A stretch of DNA of 64,000 bases from Escherichia coli (GCF_048403405.1 NZ_CP183129.1), one strand, 5' to 3'; counted from the first letter of the stretch, positions 11,482 to 23,603 are shown. Numbers and translations: made by a program. Notes: a model not told the origin generated them from the sequence alone.

Positions 11482-12609
11482 TTAACGGCGTCTATAGCCT
11501 TCCTCTAGCACCGCCTGTGTTCGAACGAGTTCATCCGCGAGTCGTTTTTCATCAGGTAGTTGCATCTTATATTCGCTCGCCAGAACGGTGTTAGGCAAAC
11601 CAGCCAGTGCATAATACGCTTCGCCGGCTCCTTTCTCTGCACAGAGAACCAGACCGATGGGCGGATTTTCATCCGGTAGTGTCCAGTGCTCTTTGGCGTA
11701 GTTGAGATACATATTCATCTGTCCGGCATCGCTATAGCTGAATTTGCCCACTTTTAGATCGACGATTAGCAGGCAGCGTAAACGGCGGTGGAAAAACAGC
11801 AGATCGACACGAAACCAGTTGTCATCAATGCGTAACCTTCGCTGTCGACCAACAAAGGCAAAATCATCCCCAAGTTCCAGCATGAAATCCATCAGGTGGT
11901 TGATCAGCGCCTCCTCAAAATCAGATTCTGAGTATTCATCTTTCAACTCCAGAAATTCGAGCACAAAGGGATCGCGTATCGCCTGTTGCGGAAGAATATG
12001 CATCTCGGCAGGAGCGTGTTGTTGCAGCATGGCTGATTTATCATGTGACAGTAGTGTTCGCTCATAAAATTGGGTCGCAATTTGCCGCTCTAGCTGGCGG
12101 ACAGACCAACCACAGCGGAGCGTTTCTTTTTCATAAAAGCTGCGGGCGTCAGCGTTTTTAACGGAAAGTAGACGGACGTAGGTGGACCAGGGCAGGGGGA
12201 AAGATTTGGCAGACAGCGTCTGCCAAATCTTTGCCGATGGGAATTCTGCAGACGGTGTCTGCGGCATTCCCAATGGTGTTAATTCGCCAGACACTGTCTG
12301 GCGAATTTCAACATGTTGAAAAAAGAGGTAAAAAAGCCTCATTTGGCGTAAGTTTTTTGCAGAGAACCCACGCTTATACCTTAGACTTAAATCCTTTGAT
12401 AGTCGCTTGATTAGCTGCGCACCATACGCAGCCCTGGCCTCGCCACCTTGTTCAAATTCGACAATTCGTCGGCCAATTTCCCAGTATGTCGCGGTCATCA
12501 GCGCGTTAACGCTACGTACCGTTTCCGTCCGGGCGCTATCGACCAGGTGAATAATACCGTCGTGGATTTGCTGGTAGCCTGTTGAGGTTCTCTCTGAGAG
12601 CGATTCCAT
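11482..12609 (-). CDS. yhcG: DUF1016 / PD-(D/E)xK nuclease-fold protein YhcG
   Basis: 375-aa ORF; C-terminal region ...FAFVGRQ...RVDLLFFHRRLRCLLIVDLKVGKF...ENPPIGLVLC resembles restriction-endonuclease-like fold of the YhcG family; convergent with nan operon. Confidence 0.85.
   Translation of the reverse strand: MESLSERTSTGYQQIHDGIIHLVDSARTETVRSVNALMTATYWEIGRRIVEFEQGGEARAAYGAQLIKRLSKDLSLRYKRGFSAKNLRQMRLFYLFFQHVEIRQTVSGELTPLGMPQTPSAEFPSAKIWQTLSAKSFPLPWSTYVRLLSVKNADARSFYEKETLRCGWSVRQLERQIATQFYERTLLSHDKSAMLQQHAPAEMHILPQQAIRDPFVLEFLELKDEYSESDFEEALINHLMDFMLELGDDFAFVGRQRRLRIDDNWFRVDLLFFHRRLRCLLIVDLKVGKFSYSDAGQMNMYLNYAKEHWTLPDENPPIGLVLCAEKGAGEAYYALAGLPNTVLASEYKMQLPDEKRLADELVRTQAVLEEGYRRR
12200..12307. 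repeat. Three tandem 39-bp units, each containing a 27-33 bp palindrome, in-frame inside yhcG
   Basis: Palindromes at 12200-12232 (perfect 15-bp arms), about 12241-12269 (imperfect) and 12281-12307 (perfect 13-bp arms); centres spaced exactly 39 bp; encode 13-aa units QTVSGELTPLGMP / QTPSAEFPSAKIW / QTLSAKSFPLPWS on the minus strand. Confidence 0.85.
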
Positions 12610-12792
12610 TATCTGTCCCTTTATATGGCGCTGTGTTGAATAATGGAATCAGCTATACGCCGGGCATCTGCCGGTAACAATCCAGATGTGCGTATTACAT
12701 TGGTTTTCTTCAGATTATGCGAGGCGCTTTCCAGTACGAAAGGAGAATTTCAGCGCCGACTCTTTTCTGAGGAGGCGGCGCTGGGACAGAGC

Positions 12793-14223
<1,431 letters not shown>

Positions 14224-17200
14224 TTACTGCGCCTGCACGCGCAACTCTGCTGCGCTACGACTACGGTGACCCAGCAGTGCTTTTACATCACTGGACTTCG
14301 GTTTAACCAGCGCAAATTTAGTGGCGAAGGTTGACCAGTTCGCCAGAATCTCTTCACCGCGCTGAGAACCGGTATGCTGAACATGCTCGGTGATAAGACC
14401 GCGCAGATGCTCTTCATGGATCGCCAGATCGTCAACGCTTAAGACCTCGACCAGTTCCGGGTTAACGCGTTTGCGGAAATCGCCGCTTTCATCGAGAACG
14501 TAAGCGAAGCCGCCGGTCATGCCCGCGCCGAAGTTAACGCCGGTTTTACCCAGAATACAGACAATACCGCCCGTCATATATTCACAGCCGTTGTCGCCAA
14601 TGCCTTCTACCACGGTGATAGCACCGGAGTTACGCACGCCGAAACGTTCACCCGCGCGGCCTGCGGCATACAGACGACCTCCGGTCGCGCCATACAGGCA
14701 GGTGTTGCCGATAATGCTTGCTTCATGGCTGCGGAAGGCTGAGCCAACCGGAGGACGAATGGCGATTAAGCCGCCCGCCATGCCTTTACCGACATAGTCG
14801 TTGGCATCACCGGTCAGGTACAGTTCCACGCCGCCCGCGTTCCACACACCGAAGCTCTGGCCTGCGGTGCCGTTGAAGTACGCTTTGATCGGATCGGCTG
14901 CCAGACCCTGATCGCCGTGCGTCTGGGCGATATAGCCTGAAAGCGACGCGCCGACAGAACGGTCGGTGTTGCGAATATCGAACCAGAAGGTTTTGCTCTG
15001 ACGCTCATCGACAAACGGTTTTGCCTGTTGCAGCAACTGTGCGTTCAGCAGGCCGTTATCAAACGGCGGGTTGTTTTCGGTACAGTAGAGCGCCTTACCT
15101 GGATGCGGCTCAGCGGTCTCCAGCAGTTTCGACAGCGCCAGTTTCTGCTGTTTGGCGGTGAAACCGTCCAGCTCTTTCAGCAGGTCGGTGCGACCAATCA
15201 GATCCACCAGACGCGTTACCCCCAGCTGTGCCATCAGCTCGCGGGTTTCACGGGCGATAAACTCAAAGTAATTAGTCACCTTGAACGGCAGGCCGTGATA
15301 GTGATTCTTACGCAGTTTGTCATCCTGAGTTGCTACACCCGTCGCGCAGTTGTTCAGGTGGCAAATACGCAGATATTTACAGCCGAGCGCCACCATCGGA
15401 CCGGTGCCGAAGCCGAAGCTTTCTGCGCCGAGAATCGCCGCTTTGATGATATCGACACCCGTTTTCAGGCCGCCATCGACCTGCAAACGAATTTTATGAC
15501 GCAAGCCGTTGGCAACCAGCGCCTGCTGGGTTTCCACCAGACCGAGTTCCCACGGACAGCCTGCGTATTTCACCGATGAAAGCGGGCTTGCGCCGGTGCC
15601 GCCGTCATAGCCTGCGATGGTGATTAAATCGGCATAAGCTTTCGCCACACCGGTCGCGATGGTGCCTACTCCCGGTTCGGACACCAGCTTCACGGAGATC
15701 ATCGCTTTCGGGTTAACCTGCTTGAGGTCGAAAATCAGCTGCGCTAAGTCCTCGATAGAGTAGATATCGTGGTGCGGCGGCGGGGAGATCAGCGTCACTC
15801 CGGGCACCGAATAGCGCAGTTTGGCGATGTAAGGCGTGACTTTATCGCCCGGTAACTGACCGCCTTCGCCCGGCTTCGCGCCCTGGGCGACTTTAATCTG
15901 AATGACGTCGGCATTGACCAGATACGCCGGAGTAACCCCAAAGCGACCAGAAGCCACCTGCTTGATGCGCGACACTTTGTTAGTGCCATAGCGCGCCGGA
16001 TCTTCGCCGCCTTCACCGGAGTTAGAGTTGCCGCCGATGCTGTTCATCGCTTCCGCCAGCGCCTCGTGGGCTTCCGGGCTTAACGCGCCGATAGACATCG
16101 CAGCGGTATCGAAGCGTTTAAACAGTTCGCTTGCCGGTTCAACATCCGCAATGTTGACCGCGTTTTCACCCGGCGTAATTGCCAGCAGATCGCGCAGCGT
16201 GGTTGCCGGACGCTCATTAACCAGCTTCGCGTATTCCTGATAGTCGCTGTACTCGCCGCTTTGTACCGCCTGTTGCAGCGTGCGCACCACGTCCGGGTTG
16301 TAGGCATGGTATTCGCCGCCGTGGACGTATTTCAGCAGGCCGCCCTGGCTGATGGGCTTACGCGCCAGCCAGGCACGTTTCGACAGATTCAGCAGATCCT
16401 GCTGGAAGTCTTCAAAGCTCGCCCCACCAATGCGACTGACCGCCCCCTGGAAGCACAGGCCCACGACATCATCGTGTAGACCGACCGCTTCAAACAGTTT
16501 CGAGCAGCGGTAAGAGGCGATGGTGGAAATGCCCATTTTGGACATGATTTTGTACAAGCCTTTGTTGATGCCGTTACGGTAGTTGAGCATCACGGTACGA
16601 TAATCTTTGGCAATCGCGTGGGTGTCTACCAGGCGGCCCAGCGTTTCATAGGCAAGGTACGGATAAATAGCCGTCGCACCGAAGCCCAGCAACACGGCGA
16701 AATGGTGCGGATCGCGGGCGCTGGCGGTTTCGACGATGATGTTGGCATCGCAACGCAAGCTTTGATCGACCAGACGGGTCTGGATCGCGCCAACCGCCAT
16801 CGGGGCTGGAACCGGCAGGCGATCTTTAGCGATATTCCTGTCGGAGAGCACCAGCAACACGGTGCCGCTACGTACCATTTTTTCAGCTTTGTCGCACAGC
16901 TCTTTGACCGTCGCTTCGAGCGTGGTTTTGGTGACGTCAAAGGTGATATCCAGTGTATCTGCGCGGTAGTGCTCCTCTTTCATCGTCGTGAGCTGTTTGA
17001 AATCGGAGTAGAGCAGAATCGGCGATTTAAAACTTAAACGGTGCGCCTGGCCCTCTGCTTCACAGAAGACGTTCATTTCACGACCAATGCTGGTGGCGAG
17101 CGACATAACATGCGCTTCACGCAGCGGGTCGATTGGCGGGTTAGTCACCTGGGCAAACTGCTGGCGGAAGTAGTCGTAAATAATGCGCGGCTGACTGGAG

Positions 17201-18684
17201 AGCACGGCGAATGGGGTGTCGTCGCCCATCGAACCGACCGCTTCCTGACCGTTTTCGCCCAGTACGCGAATTACGGAGTCCAGCTCTTCCGCGCTGTAGT
17301 TAAACTGTTTCTGGTAACTGGCAAGTGTGTCGTCGTCCAGTTCGCGGCTACCTACTTCTTCATCGGGCAGATCTTCAAACGGTACCAGTCGGCGGACGTT
17401 TTTCTCCATCCACTCTTTATATGGATGGCGGCTTTTCAGATCGTCATCGGTTTCTGCCGAGTGCAGAATACGCCCACTGCGGGTGTCGATAACCATCAGT
17501 TCGCCTGGCCCGACGCGGCCTTTTTCGACCACTTCGTCAGGCTGGTAATCCCAGATACCGACTTCAGAGGCGCAGGTGATGAGCTTATCTTTGGTGATGA
17601 CGTAGCGCGCCGGACGCAGACCGTTACGGTCGAGGTTACAGGCGGCAAAACGACCGTCAGACATCACGATGCCTGCCGGGCCATCCCACGGCTCCATATG
17701 CATGGAGTTAAAGTCAAAGAAGGCGCGCAGTTCCGGGTCCATATCCGGGTTGTTCTGCCAGGCAGGTGGGACTAATAGACGCATGGCACGGATGATATCC
17801 ATCCCGCCTGCCAGCAGGAGTTCCAGCATGTTATCCATCGAACTGGAGTCAGAGCCGGTTTCGTTGACGAACGGCGCGGCGTCGTGCAGGTCAGGGATCA
17901 GCGGCGTCTGGAATTTATAGGTACGCGCACGCGCCCATTGGCGGTTACCGGTGATGGTGTTGATTTCACCGTTATGCGCCAGGTAGCGGAACGGCTGCGC
18001 CAGCGGCCAGCGCGGTACGGTGTTAGTGGAGAAGCGCTGGTGGAACAGGCAAATGGCCGATTCCAGACGCAGGTCCGCAAGATCCAGATAAAAGCGCGGC
18101 AGATCCGCCGGCATACACAGACCTTTATAAATATTGACCAGATTCGACAGGCTACAGACGTAGAAGTCTTTGTCGGCTTCGAGACGCTTTTCAATGCGGC
18201 GGCGGGCGATAAACAGACGGCGCTCCATATCGCGCGGACGCCAGCCTGCCGGGGCGTTCACAAAAATTTGCTCAATGCGTGGCAGAGAGGAGAGGGCGAT
18301 TTCACCCAGCACGCCTTCGTTAGTGGGGACATCACGCCAGCCCACAATCGACAACGTTTCGCGTTGCAGCTCTTCTTCAACGATGCGGCGTGCGGCAGCA
18401 GCGAGTTCAGGATCTTTATTCAGGAAGAGCATCCCGACAGCGTAGTTTTTTGCTAAACGCCATCCGCGCTCCTGCGCAACGATGCGAAAAAAGCGATCCG
18501 GTTTTTGTAACAGCAAGCCGCAACCGTCACCGGTTTTACCATCGGCGAGAATCGCGCCACGGTGCTGCATGCGGGCCAGTGCGTGTATAGCAGTACGCAC
18601 TACCTTGTGGCTAGGTTCGCCTTCTATGTGGGCGATCAGGCCGAAACCACAGTTATCCCTCTCAAGGGATTTATCGTACAACAT
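14224..18684 (-). CDS. gltB: Glutamate synthase (NADPH) large subunit
   Basis: Long ORF with N-terminal amidotransferase Cys (…[12 protein letters not shown]), FMN and 3Fe-4S domains; start placed at [11 protein letters not shown] (1486 aa); the ORF track extends to 18792 through in-frame upstream codons. Confidence 0.95.
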   Translation of the reverse strand: MLYDKSLERDNCGFGLIAHIEGEPSHKVVRTAIHALARMQHRGAILADGKTGDGCGLLLQKPDRFFRIVAQERGWRLAKNYAVGMLFLNKDPELAAAARRIVEEELQRETLSIVGWRDVPTNEGVLGEIALSSLPRIEQIFVNAPAGWRPRDMERRLFIARRRIEKRLEADKDFYVCSLSNLVNIYKGLCMPADLPRFYLDLADLRLESAICLFHQRFSTNTVPRWPLAQPFRYLAHNGEINTITGNRQWARARTYKFQTPLIPDLHDAAPFVNETGSDSSSMDNMLELLLAGGMDIIRAMRLLVPPAWQNNPDMDPELRAFFDFNSMHMEPWDGPAGIVMSDGRFAACNLDRNGLRPARYVITKDKLITCASEVGIWDYQPDEVVEKGRVGPGELMVIDTRSGRILHSAETDDDLKSRHPYKEWMEKNVRRLVPFEDLPDEEVGSRELDDDTLASYQKQFNYSAEELDSVIRVLGENGQEAVGSMGDDTPFAVLSSQPRIIYDYFRQQFAQVTNPPIDPLREAHVMSLATSIGREMNVFCEAEGQAHRLSFKSPILLYSDFKQLTTMKEEHYRADTLDITFDVTKTTLEATVKELCDKAEKMVRSGTVLLVLSDRNIAKDRLPVPAPMAVGAIQTRLVDQSLRCDANIIVETASARDPHHFAVLLGFGATAIYPYLAYETLGRLVDTHAIAKDYRTVMLNYRNGINKGLYKIMSKMGISTIASYRCSKLFEAVGLHDDVVGLCFQGAVSRIGGASFEDFQQDLLNLSKRAWLARKPISQGGLLKYVHGGEYHAYNPDVVRTLQQAVQSGEYSDYQEYAKLVNERPATTLRDLLAITPGENAVNIADVEPASELFKRFDTAAMSIGALSPEAHEALAEAMNSIGGNSNSGEGGEDPARYGTNKVSRIKQVASGRFGVTPAYLVNADVIQIKVAQGAKPGEGGQLPGDKVTPYIAKLRYSVPGVTLISPPPHHDIYSIEDLAQLIFDLKQVNPKAMISVKLVSEPGVGTIATGVAKAYADLITIAGYDGGTGASPLSSVKYAGCPWELGLVETQQALVANGLRHKIRLQVDGGLKTGVDIIKAAILGAESFGFGTGPMVALGCKYLRICHLNNCATGVATQDDKLRKNHYHGLPFKVTNYFEFIARETRELMAQLGVTRLVDLIGRTDLLKELDGFTAKQQKLALSKLLETAEPHPGKALYCTENNPPFDNGLLNAQLLQQAKPFVDERQSKTFWFDIRNTDRSVGASLSGYIAQTHGDQGLAADPIKAYFNGTAGQSFGVWNAGGVELYLTGDANDYVGKGMAGGLIAIRPPVGSAFRSHEASIIGNTCLYGATGGRLYAAGRAGERFGVRNSGAITVVEGIGDNGCEYMTGGIVCILGKTGVNFGAGMTGGFAYVLDESGDFRKRVNPELVEVLSVDDLAIHEEHLRGLITEHVQHTGSQRGEEILANWSTFATKFALVKPKSSDVKALLGHRSRSAAELRVQAQ

Positions 18685-19358
18685 ATCGTGAACCTCCCCC
18701 AGGCTCTGCGGGAACCCCACTTCCGAACCGCTGCGCACGGGCACAGAAAGAGCGTGGCGACGGGGTTTGCGTGTCATACGCGCGCCTCGCATTCGCCCCC
18801 TTGTTGTCCTTTTCGCATCGGTTAATACGGTGAAGAGGGGATCTCAATTACTGCATAAATATGATGAGCAGGCTGCTCATCCAGAAAGCTTCCAGCGGAT
18901 TTCCAACTTATCGGGAAAGCTGATACAGGTCAAATGGCAAGCTTATTGGTACAGAAATGTGCTTTAGCGCAAAATTCTTTATTAATTAGCTGAAATTAAA
19001 ATGGATTTTCTCTTTAAGGCTAAAAGGGGAGTCGTTAGAGAAACTGCCAATTCCTGACTGTCATAAAGGCGTGTTAACCCTTATCCTGCCTTGAACTGAC
19101 GAGAAAACCAGCATTTTATACTGCCTTAATTGTTAATGGCATTTTATGCTACTGTTTTTGCCTAAAATCTATAAGGAGATAAAAAAATCTGACACAAGAT
19201 AAGCAAAAATGATTTATGTGATCATGCATGAAATTTCGGTAATTTTGATTGATTATGCAGTTGATAAAAGCAGGCCGGGACGATTGATCCAGGTCATCGC
19301 CGAATTGAGCTAAAAATGGCAGGCTTTGGCCTCTTTTCAAGGCGCGGTCTATCAGATT
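18685..19358. promoter_or_regulatory. AT-rich divergent control region of gltBD and yhcC
   Basis: About 670 bp non-coding AT-rich spacer between divergently oriented gltB and yhcC; expected location of the gltB promoter; individual factor sites not resolved here. Confidence 0.5.
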
Positions 19359-20288
19359 ATGCAGTTACAGAAATTAGTCAATATGTTTGGTGGTGATCTC
19401 ACCCGTCGTTATGGGCAAAAGGTGCATAAGCTGACGCTGCACGGCGGTTTTAGCTGCCCTAACCGTGACGGTACCATCGGGCGTGGCGGCTGCACATTCT
19501 GTAATGTTGCCTCGTTTGCCGATGAAGCGCAGCAACATCGTTCTATTGCCGAACAACTGGCGCACCAGGCGAATTTAGTTAACCGCGCTAAACGCTATCT
19601 GGCCTACTTTCAGGCGTATACCAGCACCTTTGCGGAAGTTCAGGTGCTGCGTTCTATGTATCAGCAGGCGGTGAGCCAGGCCAATATTGTTGGTTTGTGT
19701 GTTGGTACCCGCCCGGACTGCGTGCCGGATGCGGTGCTGGATCTGCTTTGCGAATATAAGGACCAGGGTTACGAAGTGTGGCTGGAGCTGGGGCTACAAA
19801 CCGCCCACGACAAAACGCTGCATCGCATCAATCGCGGTCATGATTTTGCCTGCTATCAGCGCACGACGCAGTTGGCGCGTGAGCGCGGGCTGAAGGTGTG
19901 TTCTCACTTAATTGTCGGCCTGCCTGGCGAAGGGAAGGCTGAATGTTTGCAAACGCTGGAGCGAGTGGTTGAAACCGGCGTGGACGGCATAAAGCTGCAT
20001 CCGCTGCATATAGTAAAAGGCAGCATTATGGCGAAAGCCTGGGAAGCGGGGCGTTTGAACGGTATTGAACTGGAGGATTACACGCTCACTGCCGGAGAAA
20101 TGATTCGCCATACGCCACCGGAAGTGATCTACCACCGCATTTCCGCCAGCGCCCGTCGCCCGACGTTGCTTGCTCCGCTGTGGTGCGAAAATCGATGGAC
20201 GGGAATGGTCGAGCTGGATCGTTATCTGAATGAACATGGCGTACAGGGATCGGCGCTGGGACGTCCGTGGCTACCTCCAACGGCGTAG
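19359..20288 (+). CDS. yhcC: Radical SAM family protein YhcC
   Basis: ATG at 19359 gives 309 aa MQLQKLVNMFGG...; CxxxCxxC-type cysteine motif (CPNRDGTIGRGGCTFC); ORF track start 19326 is an upstream extension. Confidence 0.9.
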   Translation: MQLQKLVNMFGGDLTRRYGQKVHKLTLHGGFSCPNRDGTIGRGGCTFCNVASFADEAQQHRSIAEQLAHQANLVNRAKRYLAYFQAYTSTFAEVQVLRSMYQQAVSQANIVGLCVGTRPDCVPDAVLDLLCEYKDQGYEVWLELGLQTAHDKTLHRINRGHDFACYQRTTQLARERGLKVCSHLIVGLPGEGKAECLQTLERVVETGVDGIKLHPLHIVKGSIMAKAWEAGRLNGIELEDYTLTAGEMIRHTPPEVIYHRISASARRPTLLAPLWCENRWTGMVELDRYLNEHGVQGSALGRPWLPPTA

Positions 20289-20383
20289 GCCATTGAGGGG
20301 AATTCCGCATTTCTCACACAATTTATAACGTAACTGTCAGAATTGGGTATTATTGGGGCAGGTTGTCGTGAAGGAATTCCCTA

Positions 20384-22720
20384 ATGAAGCAAATTCGTCT
20401 GCTGGCGCAGTATTATGTTGACCTGATGATGAAGTTAGGTCTGGTGCGCTTCTCAATGTTGCTGGCGCTGGCCCTCGTCGTTCTTGCCATTGTGGTACAA
20501 ATGGCGGTAACCATGGTGCTGCATGGTCAGGTCGAAAGCATTGATGTTATTCGTTCTATCTTCTTTGGTTTGCTGATTACGCCGTGGGCGGTCTACTTTC
20601 TATCGGTGGTCGTCGAGCAACTGGAGGAGTCACGACAACGTCTGTCACGACTGGTGCAAAAACTGGAGGAGATGCGCGAGCGCGATTTGAGCCTCAACGT
20701 TCAGTTAAAAGATAATATTGCCCAGCTAAATCAGGAAATCGCCGTTCGTGAAAAAGCGGAAGCAGAACTGCAGGAAACCTTCGGCCAACTGAAAATTGAA
20801 ATTAAAGAGCGCGAAGAGACACAAATTCAGCTCGAACAGCAATCCTCATTCTTACGTTCCTTCCTTGATGCTTCACCCGACCTGGTTTTTTATCGTAACG
20901 AAGATAAAGAGTTTTCCGGCTGTAACCGCGCGATGGAGCTGCTGACCGGAAAAAGCGAAAAACAACTGGTTCACCTGAAACCTGCTGATGTTTACTCACC
21001 GGAAGCCGCTGCGAAAGTCATTGAAACCGATGAAAAGGTGTTCCGTCATAATGTGTCACTGACCTATGAGCAGTGGCTGGATTATCCCGACGGGCGCAAA
21101 GCCTGTTTTGAAATCCGTAAAGTGCCGTACTACGACCGCGTGGGTAAACGTCACGGTTTGATGGGTTTTGGTCGCGACATTACCGAGCGTAAGCGGTATC
21201 AGGATGCGCTTGAACGCGCCAGCCGCGACAAAACGACGTTTATTTCCACCATCAGTCACGAATTGCGTACACCGCTGAATGGTATCGTCGGCCTGAGCCG
21301 CATTCTGCTGGATACCGAACTCACCGCCGAGCAGGAAAAATATCTCAAAACCATCCATGTTTCGGCCGTCACGCTCGGGAATATCTTCAACGATATTATC
21401 GACATGGATAAGATGGAACGGCGTAAGGTCCAGCTTGATAATCAGCCGGTTGATTTCACCAGCTTCCTTGCCGATCTGGAAAATCTCTCCGCATTGCAGG
21501 CGCAACAAAAAGGATTGCGCTTTAATCTGGAGCCTACGCTGCCATTACCGCATCAGGTCATTACCGACGGGACGCGTTTACGGCAGATCCTGTGGAATCT
21601 CATCAGTAACGCCGTCAAATTCACCCAGCAAGGCCAGGTTACCGTGCGCGTGCGCTACGATGAAGGCGATATGCTGCATTTTGAAGTGGAAGACTCTGGT
21701 ATCGGCATTCCGCAAGATGAGCTGGATAAAATCTTCGCCATGTATTACCAGGTGAAAGACAGTCATGGCGGTAAACCTGCCACTGGCACCGGTATTGGTC
21801 TGGCCGTTTCTCGTCGTCTGGCGAAAAATATGGGCGGCGATATTACGGTTACCAGCGAACAGGGCAAAGGTTCAACCTTTACGTTGACGATCCACGCACC
21901 GTCGGTAGCAGAAGAGGTCGATGATGCGTTTGATGAAGACGATATGCCTTTACCGGCGCTGAATGTGCTGCTGGTGGAAGACATTGAACTGAACGTGATT
22001 GTCGCGCGTTCTGTGCTGGAAAAATTAGGTAACAGCGTTGATGTCGCCATGACCGGCAAGGCGGCGCTGGAGATGTTTAAACCGGGCGAATACGACCTGG
22101 TATTGCTGGATATTCAGTTGCCAGATATGACCGGGCTGGATATCTCTCGTGAACTGACGAAGCGTTATCCGCGCGAGGATTTACCGCCGCTGGTGGCCTT
22201 AACCGCTAACGTGCTGAAAGACAAGCAAGAGTACCTCAATGCTGGAATGGATGATGTGCTGAGTAAGCCGCTTTCTGTTCCGGCGCTAACCGCGATGATC
22301 AAGAAATTCTGGGATACCCAGGATGATGAGGAGAGTACGGTGACGACAGAAGAGAACAGTAAATCAGAAGCATTGCTCGATATTCCCATGCTGGAACAGT
22401 ATCTCGAACTTGTAGGACCGAAGCTGATCACCGACGGGTTAGCGGTGTTTGAGAAGATGATGCCGGGCTATGTCAGCGTGCTGGAGTCGAATCTGACGGC
22501 GCAGGATAAAAAAGGCATTGTTGAGGAAGGACATAAAATTAAAGGTGCGGCGGGGTCAGTGGGGTTACGCCATCTGCAACAGCTGGGTCAGCAAATTCAG
22601 TCTCCTGACCTTCCCGCCTGGGAAGATAACGTCGGTGAATGGATTGAAGAGATGAAAGAAGAGTGGCGTCACGACGTAGAAGTACTGAAAGCGTGGGTGG
22701 CAAAAGCCACTAAAAAATGA
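20384..22720 (+). CDS. arcB: Aerobic respiration control sensor histidine kinase ArcB
   Basis: 778-aa ORF with N-terminal TM segments, PAS, HisKA/HATPase, receiver and HPt domains; recognised ArcB sequence. Confidence 0.96.
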   Translation: MKQIRLLAQYYVDLMMKLGLVRFSMLLALALVVLAIVVQMAVTMVLHGQVESIDVIRSIFFGLLITPWAVYFLSVVVEQLEESRQRLSRLVQKLEEMRERDLSLNVQLKDNIAQLNQEIAVREKAEAELQETFGQLKIEIKEREETQIQLEQQSSFLRSFLDASPDLVFYRNEDKEFSGCNRAMELLTGKSEKQLVHLKPADVYSPEAAAKVIETDEKVFRHNVSLTYEQWLDYPDGRKACFEIRKVPYYDRVGKRHGLMGFGRDITERKRYQDALERASRDKTTFISTISHELRTPLNGIVGLSRILLDTELTAEQEKYLKTIHVSAVTLGNIFNDIIDMDKMERRKVQLDNQPVDFTSFLADLENLSALQAQQKGLRFNLEPTLPLPHQVITDGTRLRQILWNLISNAVKFTQQGQVTVRVRYDEGDMLHFEVEDSGIGIPQDELDKIFAMYYQVKDSHGGKPATGTGIGLAVSRRLAKNMGGDITVTSEQGKGSTFTLTIHAPSVAEEVDDAFDEDDMPLPALNVLLVEDIELNVIVARSVLEKLGNSVDVAMTGKAALEMFKPGEYDLVLLDIQLPDMTGLDISRELTKRYPREDLPPLVALTANVLKDKQEYLNAGMDDVLSKPLSVPALTAMIKKFWDTQDDEESTVTTEENSKSEALLDIPMLEQYLELVGPKLITDGLAVFEKMMPGYVSVLESNLTAQDKKGIVEEGHKIKGAAGSVGLRHLQQLGQQIQSPDLPAWEDNVGEWIEEMKEEWRHDVEVLKAWVAKATKK

Positions 22721-22832
22721 CCCCGGCTAGACCGGGGTGCGCGAATACTGCGCCAACACCAGGGAAATCTTGGCTGCGCCGTAAATTATTATGATGAGTT
22801 ACAAGGGCACAGCACTGTTTTTCAGGCTGCAC
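22712..22832 (-). ncRNA. arcZ: Hfq-dependent small RNA ArcZ (SraH/RyhA), convergent with arcB and overlapping its 3' end
   Basis: Minus-strand sequence ...CCUGAAAAACAGUGCUGUGCCCUUGUAACUCAUCAUAAUAAUUUACGGCGCAGCCAAGAUUUCCCUGGUGUUGGCGCAGUAUUCGCGCACCCCGGUCUAGCCGGGGUCAUUUUUU recognised as ArcZ; the terminator U-run overlaps the arcB stop codon; the 5' end is approximate. Confidence 0.85.
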
Positions 22833-22949
22833 GCAGTTAAGATAGCAAAACTTAAATGATTTGTTACATGAATCAGTTAAATGTGTGATGCGTAGCATTT
22901 TTATTAAAAAAATTAATGTGTTTCAGTCAATTGCGAAAGGATGATCACA

Positions 22950-23603
22950 ATGAAGAAAATTGGCGTAATTCTGAGCGGATGCGGCGTCTATGACGGTTCT
23001 GAAATTCATGAAGCGGTGTTGACGTTGTTAGCTATTTCACGCAGCGGTGCGCAGGCGGTCTGCTTTGCACCGGATAAGCAGCAGGTTGATGTTATCAACC
23101 ATTTAACGGGCGAAGCGATGACGGAAACGCGCAATGTGCTGATTGAAGCGGCACGAATAACGCGCGGTGAAATCCGTCCTCTGGCCCAGGCCGATGCCGC
23201 TGAACTGGATGCGTTGATTGTGCCGGGGGGTTTTGGCGCGGCGAAGAATTTAAGCAATTTTGCCAGTCTTGGTAGCGAATGCACCGTTGACCGTGAATTA
23301 AAGGCGCTGGCACAAGCGATGCATCAGGCCGGAAAACCGCTTGGTTTTATGTGTATTGCCCCGGCGATGCTGCCGAAAATTTTCGATTTCCCGCTGCGTT
23401 TGACCATCGGTACTGATATCGATACCGCAGAAGTGCTGGAAGAGATGGGCGCGGAGCATGTGCCGTGTCCTGTCGATGATATCGTGGTTGATGAAGACAA
23501 TAAGATTGTCACCACCCCGGCATATATGCTGGCGCAGAACATTGCAGAAGCGGCGAGCGGCATTGATAAGCTGGTTTCCCGCGTGCTGGTCCTGGCGGAA
23601 TGA
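22950..23603 (+). CDS. elbB: DJ-1/PfpI-family glyoxalase-like protein ElbB
   Basis: ATG at 22950 gives 217 aa [21 protein letters not shown]...; ORF track start 22941 is 3 codons upstream. Confidence 0.9.
   Translation: MKKIGVILSGCGVYDGSEIHEAVLTLLAISRSGAQAVCFAPDKQQVDVINHLTGEAMTETRNVLIEAARITRGEIRPLAQADAAELDALIVPGGFGAAKNLSNFASLGSECTVDRELKALAQAMHQAGKPLGFMCIAPAMLPKIFDFPLRLTIGTDIDTAEVLEEMGAEHVPCPVDDIVVDEDNKIVTTPAYMLAQNIAEAASGIDKLVSRVLVLAE

Noticed and set aside
11441-12270. EcoRI and PstI sites (GAATTCTGCAG / CTGCAGAATTC) inside the palindromes, as a possible synthetic polylinker or cloning scar
   Set aside because: The sites arise from the palindromic repeat itself, recur in diverged copies, and are embedded in native coding sequence; no vector, FRT, loxP or resistance-cassette sequence is nearby.
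12200-12307. CRISPR-like array
   Set aside because: Only three units, 39-bp period with no unique spacers of CRISPR length, fully in-frame within a protein-coding gene, and no cas genes anywhere in the window.
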